Source: Desulfobacterales bacterium
GTDB taxonomy: Bacteria; Desulfobacterota; Desulfobacteria; Desulfobacterales; SKZT01
DNA length: 49,739 nt
Direction: 5' to 3'
Assembly (NCBI GenBank): GCA_018399715.1
Contig: JAGYNR010000004.1
Span: forward strand, 1 to 49,739
The notes beneath the pieces were generated by a model. The model ran no database searches and was not told the origin of the DNA. It was given only the letters and a program-made list of their open reading frames with translations. Numbering within the stretch: position 1 is the stretch's first letter; the number at the start of each line of letters is the position of its first letter. Shown piece by piece: positions 45,383-49,739 of this stretch. Both the position numbers and the translations under genes were made by a program.

Positions 45383-47548
45383 ATGAACAGAGATCATCCC
45401 AGGTACGACAAACTGAAAAAATGGTTCACTACACTTATTCGCCGGAAAAGCGAGCTCTTCGCGTTGCTCGAAATCAGCACCAGGCTAACTGGCTCCTACA
45501 ACTTTCAGGTACTGTTGCAGACGATAACGGATAGCGCTGCAAAAATTCTTCCCCATGGGGCGTCGGTCATTTATCTCTTGAAGGACACAACCTTTCATGT
45601 TGCGGCTGCCACCTCCGAGCTTTCTCCGAACCTTCCCGAAAAATTCCGCACACTGTCGTTGTCCGATCATCCCCATATCTGTCGGGCTATGGATACGGAT
45701 TCACCCGTCATCCTAGCTAATATCCGTAAAGCAGAACTGACAGCAGCCGAAAAATGGGTAAGCGACTTGCTTGGGCTCTCTTCCCTGATTTATTTGCCCC
45801 TGATTTACAAGGAAAAACCGATCGGTGTCCTCCTAGTAGGCAATGTAGAAAAGCCCTATCGATTTGTCGATGAAGACGTCGACTTTTTGAAAACCATGGC
45901 CAATCATATCTCCCTGGAGATCGAGGATGCACGTCTTTTTGAGGAAAATCAACGTCACATTGCTGAACTTGAGTGTGTGATGAAAAAGCAGCAGCAAACT
46001 CAAAAAGCTCTGCAGGAAAGCGAATCGTTGTTTCGCAACTCGTTTCAGAAACATGCTGCAGTGAAACTAATAATCGATCCCGATGATGGCCGAATCGTGG
46101 ATGCCAATGAAGCGGCCGCAAAATTCTATGGCTGGTCACAGAAAGAACTGCGCCGGATGAACATATCAGATATCAATCAGCTTTCATCTTCTCAGATAAA
46201 AGCTGAAATAGATAAGGTACGGAACGATAAACGGGTCTATTTCGAATTTCAGCACCGTCGGGCAGATGGGTCCATCAGAGATGTGGCGGTCTACAGTTCC
46301 GAAATCGAATCCGGGGGGAAAACCCTGTTGCACTCGATCATCCACGACATTACCGAGCGCAAGCGGACCGAAAAAGAACGCAACAGTCTTCAAAAACAAT
46401 TGATGCAAGCCCAGAAACTGGAATCCATAGGCAGGCTGGCAGGCGGGGTGGCTCATGATTTTAACAACATGCTCAACGTTATTATCGGTTACGGGGAGCT
46501 TATTCTTGATAAACTCCAACCGGGTAACCCCATGCAGGTGTATGTCGAGGAAATCGTGAAAGCCGGTTATCGGTCAGCGTTTTTGACCCGCCAGCTACTG
46601 GCTTTCAGCCGCAAACAGACCCTGCAGCCAAAAGAGTTCGATCTAAACGATTTGGTTCGCAACATTGAAAAAATGATACGTCGGTTGATCGGTGAAGATA
46701 TCGAGCTGAAAATTGTCCTCGCACAAGATATCGGCCGGGTATTGGTTGATCCGGGACAAATTGATCAGGTGATCATGAACCTGGTAGTGAATGCCCGTGA
46801 TGCCATGCCTAAAGGCGGAAAGCTGTTCATCGAAACCGCAGTGGTTGATCTCGACAAGACTTCTGCAGAGAAACGTTCCCTGGTTAAACCTGGAAAATAT
46901 GTGCTGCTCGCCGTGACGGACACGGGATGCGGAATGAACAAGGAAATTTTAAATCTAATATTCGATCCATTTTTTACCACCAAGAAAAAAGGACAGGGAA
47001 CCGGTCTGGGGCTTTCCACAGTGTATGGTATCGTCAAACAATCTCATGGCAACATTTGGGTCTATTCCGAGCCGGGGCAAGGTACGACGTTCAAAATCTA
47101 CCTTCCGCAAATCGAGATGATACAAGAGGTGGTGGCCGAAAAACGTGAAGAGGTCGATCTATCTGGAGGCGATGATAAACATATCTTGGTAGTGGAAGAT
47201 GAGGAGAGTCTGCGAAAACTGATTAACAGCATCCTTTTGCGGTTGGGCTACACTGTAACTCTGGCTGCCGATGGGAATGAAGCCCTTCTGCTGGTGGAGG
47301 AGAAAGGCTTGAAGCCCGATCTGATTCTGACCGATATGGTGATGCCAAACATGAGCGGAAAGGAACTGGTGGATTGCCTCCGGAAGAACTGCCCCGATCT
47401 CAAAGTGCTTTACATGTCCGGATATACAGCCAATGCCATCGTGCATGAAGAGGTTATAGATCACGGTTCATCCTTTATCCGGAAACCCTTCACCATCGGA
47501 AATATTAAGGCCAAAATCCGAAATGTTCTCAACAGCGACGACCAATGA
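45383..47548 (+). CDS. GAF-PAS hybrid histidine kinase/receiver
   Basis: GAF, PAS, AHDFNN, NLVVNARDAM, GTGLGL, C-terminal receiver TDMVMP. Confidence 0.92.
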   Translation: MNRDHPRYDKLKKWFTTLIRRKSELFALLEISTRLTGSYNFQVLLQTITDSAAKILPHGASVIYLLKDTTFHVAAATSELSPNLPEKFRTLSLSDHPHICRAMDTDSPVILANIRKAELTAAEKWVSDLLGLSSLIYLPLIYKEKPIGVLLVGNVEKPYRFVDEDVDFLKTMANHISLEIEDARLFEENQRHIAELECVMKKQQQTQKALQESESLFRNSFQKHAAVKLIIDPDDGRIVDANEAAAKFYGWSQKELRRMNISDINQLSSSQIKAEIDKVRNDKRVYFEFQHRRADGSIRDVAVYSSEIESGGKTLLHSIIHDITERKRTEKERNSLQKQLMQAQKLESIGRLAGGVAHDFNNMLNVIIGYGELILDKLQPGNPMQVYVEEIVKAGYRSAFLTRQLLAFSRKQTLQPKEFDLNDLVRNIEKMIRRLIGEDIELKIVLAQDIGRVLVDPGQIDQVIMNLVVNARDAMPKGGKLFIETAVVDLDKTSAEKRSLVKPGKYVLLAVTDTGCGMNKEILNLIFDPFFTTKKKGQGTGLGLSTVYGIVKQSHGNIWVYSEPGQGTTFKIYLPQIEMIQEVVAEKREEVDLSGGDDKHILVVEDEESLRKLINSILLRLGYTVTLAADGNEALLLVEEKGLKPDLILTDMVMPNMSGKELVDCLRKNCPDLKVLYMSGYTANAIVHEEVIDHGSSFIRKPFTIGNIKAKIRNVLNSDDQ

Positions 47549-47654
47549 CCTGAATTTCCTGGTAAATAATCGACTACCAAGACCTTCCCTTGACCCTTTT
47601 GGCAGATTGCTGTAAAATTTATTTTGTGTCCTCAACTAAATAGAAGGTATCTTC

Positions 47655-47903
47655 CATGCCTATCCGGTTGACACATGTCAGTCTGATCCAGCAGGATTCT
47701 TGAGTACCAGGCTGTCTCCTAAACGTCACTGTATCTCTGGACCCGATATAGTCTATGTGGCCGTGTGCACTTCAGATGCGGGTTCGCAGGCCGTTCATTT
47801 AGGGAATATGCTCAAAACAAGACTGAGTAAAAGGGTAATGTCGCCAGTTGGTAGGCATAGCCGAAAGCGACAAGCTGAAACCTGTGTCAACCGGATAGGC
47901 ATG
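47655..47903. mobile_element. Non-autonomous element (MITE) with IS4-like CAT ends
   Basis: Perfect 21-bp terminal IR CATGCCTATCCGGTTGACACA; 249 bp; no transposase. Confidence 0.8.
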
Positions 47904-47907
47904 CAAT

Positions 47908-49369
47908 ATGCAACACCGTAAGCTGACGGTTTGTTTTTATGAATCGAATTGTCAACAAGAGACAATCAGCAATACCAACAAAATACTCTTGCAAGAGATT
48001 GATCATCGACATCACGCAGAACATTGTTTTGCTAGGAAAAAAGAACGTCTAAATCTGGTGACCCATGCTACGAATATCGGTGTCTGGGAATGGAATTTGT
48101 TCACCGGGGAGACGGTTGTTAATGAACGGTGGGCCGACATACTGGGATATACACTGGCGGAACTTTCGCCAGTCAGTATCGAGACCTGGATTAAATCTTG
48201 CCATCCGGATGATCTGAAACGTTCAAATGCGTTTCTTGAGAAACATTTTTCAGGAGAATTGAATTATTATGATTGTAAATGTCGCATGCGCCACAGAAAA
48301 GGCTATTGGGTGTGGGTGCAGGTCCGATGCAAGGACGGTACTGTCCTTGACGGATTGTTTTCCGGGGAGGTAATCAGCTGTCAGGGAAAGCTTCATCTTC
48401 TAACTGTCACGATCGATATTACCGGTCGAAAACAGGCGAAGGCCCACCTGCGCCGTGCCTATGACACGATGGAACAGCAGGTTCGTGATCGGACCCGGGA
48501 AATCGAGCGGATCCACAGCCAGATGCTGATGCATGAAAAAATGGCATCTATAGGACAGTTGGCCGCTGGCATTGCCCATAAACTGAATAATCCGATTAAT
48601 TTTGTGCTGATTAATTTTGTCACCCTTAGCGAATATTTCACAGATTTAGTCGAGATTCTCACTTGTTACCGCGAATTTACACGAGATTGCGAGATAAAAT
48701 ACGGGTTGCCCCCGGCCTTTAATAGTCTTCGCATTTTGTAAAAAACGCTTCAGGTAGACTATCTCCTGGAAGACATTCCTGACCTTTTTAATGAATCTCA
48801 ACGGGGATTTGAGCGGATCACCCGGATTATCAAGAGCGTGCGAGACTTTTCACACTTGAACCGCACTGGAAATCTGACTTATTTCAATATTAACCAAGGG
48901 ATTGAAGATACATTGATGACCTCTAAAAATGAATAATATAAATATTATGCCCAAATTCATAAAAAATCTAGGTGAACTGCCGGAAATTCAATGTTTTCCC
49001 GAGCAGCTCAATCAGGTATTTTTAAACCTGATTGTTAACAGTTCCCAAGCGATTTCGGAAAATCGGCAGGATAACGATGGAGTCATCGTTATTCGTACAT
49101 GGCGGGATACCTATCATGTTTGTTGCGAAATAGCAGAAAACGGTCCCGGTATACCAAAAGCAATCCGATCCAGGATTTTTGAGCCGTTTTTTACCACCAA
49201 GGCTCACGGCAAGGGAACCGGACTGGGACTGAGTATCTCCTATGATATTATTGTCAACAGGCATTACAGAGAATTATTTGTTGAATGCCCACCTTCAGGC
49301 GGGAGCGTCTTTACAATATGGATACCAATGAACCTAACGAATGATAAGGATCAAAATCAGCCCCCTTGA
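47908..49369 (+). pseudogene. Decayed PAS histidine kinase
   Basis: Kinase homology continues through TAA 48739 and TAA 48934, then frameshifts into the HATPase ORF (48929-49369); H-box AHKLNNP. Confidence 0.85.
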
Positions 49370-49498
49370 TCTAAACGTCCCGAAATTAGAATTGCCCGCT
49401 GAAAGAAATGTTGATTTTTACAAAAGAAAGGATTATATGGTTTTGTTTTTTAAAATAAAATTTATGAGATAAGTCTAAAATTGTAAAAGTAAGAGGTA

Positions 49499-49739
49499 AT
49501 GATGAAAGTCGTTTTTCATGAAGATTTTTATAAAACATATACGTCAGATCCTGCGGCTGCAAGAGGACGTATAGAATCTATTGTAAAGGCAATTGAAGAT
49601 AAGGTCGAATTTGTCGAGCCTAAGCCGGCAACCGAAGAAGACATTGCCCTTGTTCATACAGTCATTCATATAGATTCTATAAAAAAACAAGGGTTATATG
49701 ATATAGCTGCTCTGGCTGCGCCCCTGGCGTTCGCTGGCG
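49499..49739 (+). CDS. Histone deacetylase/AcuC-family protein, partial (runs off window)
   Basis: MMKVVFHEDFY..Y.SDPAA..GR, PATEEDIALVHT, AALAA; GAGG RBS. Confidence 0.75.
   Translation, partial: MMKVVFHEDFYKTYTSDPAAARGRIESIVKAIEDKVEFVEPKPATEEDIALVHTVIHIDSIKKQGLYDIAALAAPLAFAG

Noticed and set aside
47700-47921. 73-aa ORF as a transposase
   Set aside because: Lies inside the 249-bp MITE, TTG start, no DDE or HTH features recognisable
48739-48960. Programmed read-through or frameshift in the kinase
   Set aside because: Two TAA stops plus a frameshift plus catalytic-motif substitutions fit pseudogenisation better

Overview
AT-rich bacterial chromosomal window, most likely from a Desulfobacterota sulfate reducer (inferred from the tmcDCBA complex and a DVU0259-type regulator). 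The left part is largely housekeeping: initiator tRNA-Met, a CNNM/CorC protein, a four-subunit 2-oxoacid:ferredoxin oxidoreductase operon, a hopanoid operon (shc-hpnM-hpnL-hpnN-hpnA), DUF4398/OmpA lipoproteins, a K+ channel and M48 peptidase bracketed by two copies of a ~145-bp MITE-like repeat, PP2C, PilZ, rhomboid and tmc. The main feature is a ~16-kb gas vesicle locus (27.5-43.7 kb) in two blocks. The regulatory/chaperone block holds a hypothetical, a sigma54 activator, Hsp20/GvpH, a Cdc48 AAA+ ATPase, 2x GvpF/L, a PAS kinase and a receiver. The structural block holds gvpA, gvpC-like with an HhH tail, gvpN, gvpV-like, gvpF/L, gvpG, a tandem ArsA/Get3 ATPase, gvpJ-like, gvpK and gvpJ. Each block has a -24/-12 sigma54 promoter and a shared tandem palindrome (ATGGAA-N4-TTCCAT). 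Several unrelated REP-like elements lie between that palindrome array and the gvpA promoter. Downstream are signalling genes, an IS4-like MITE, a decayed kinase and a partial HDAC-family gene. All calls come from motif recognition by eye; no searches were run.
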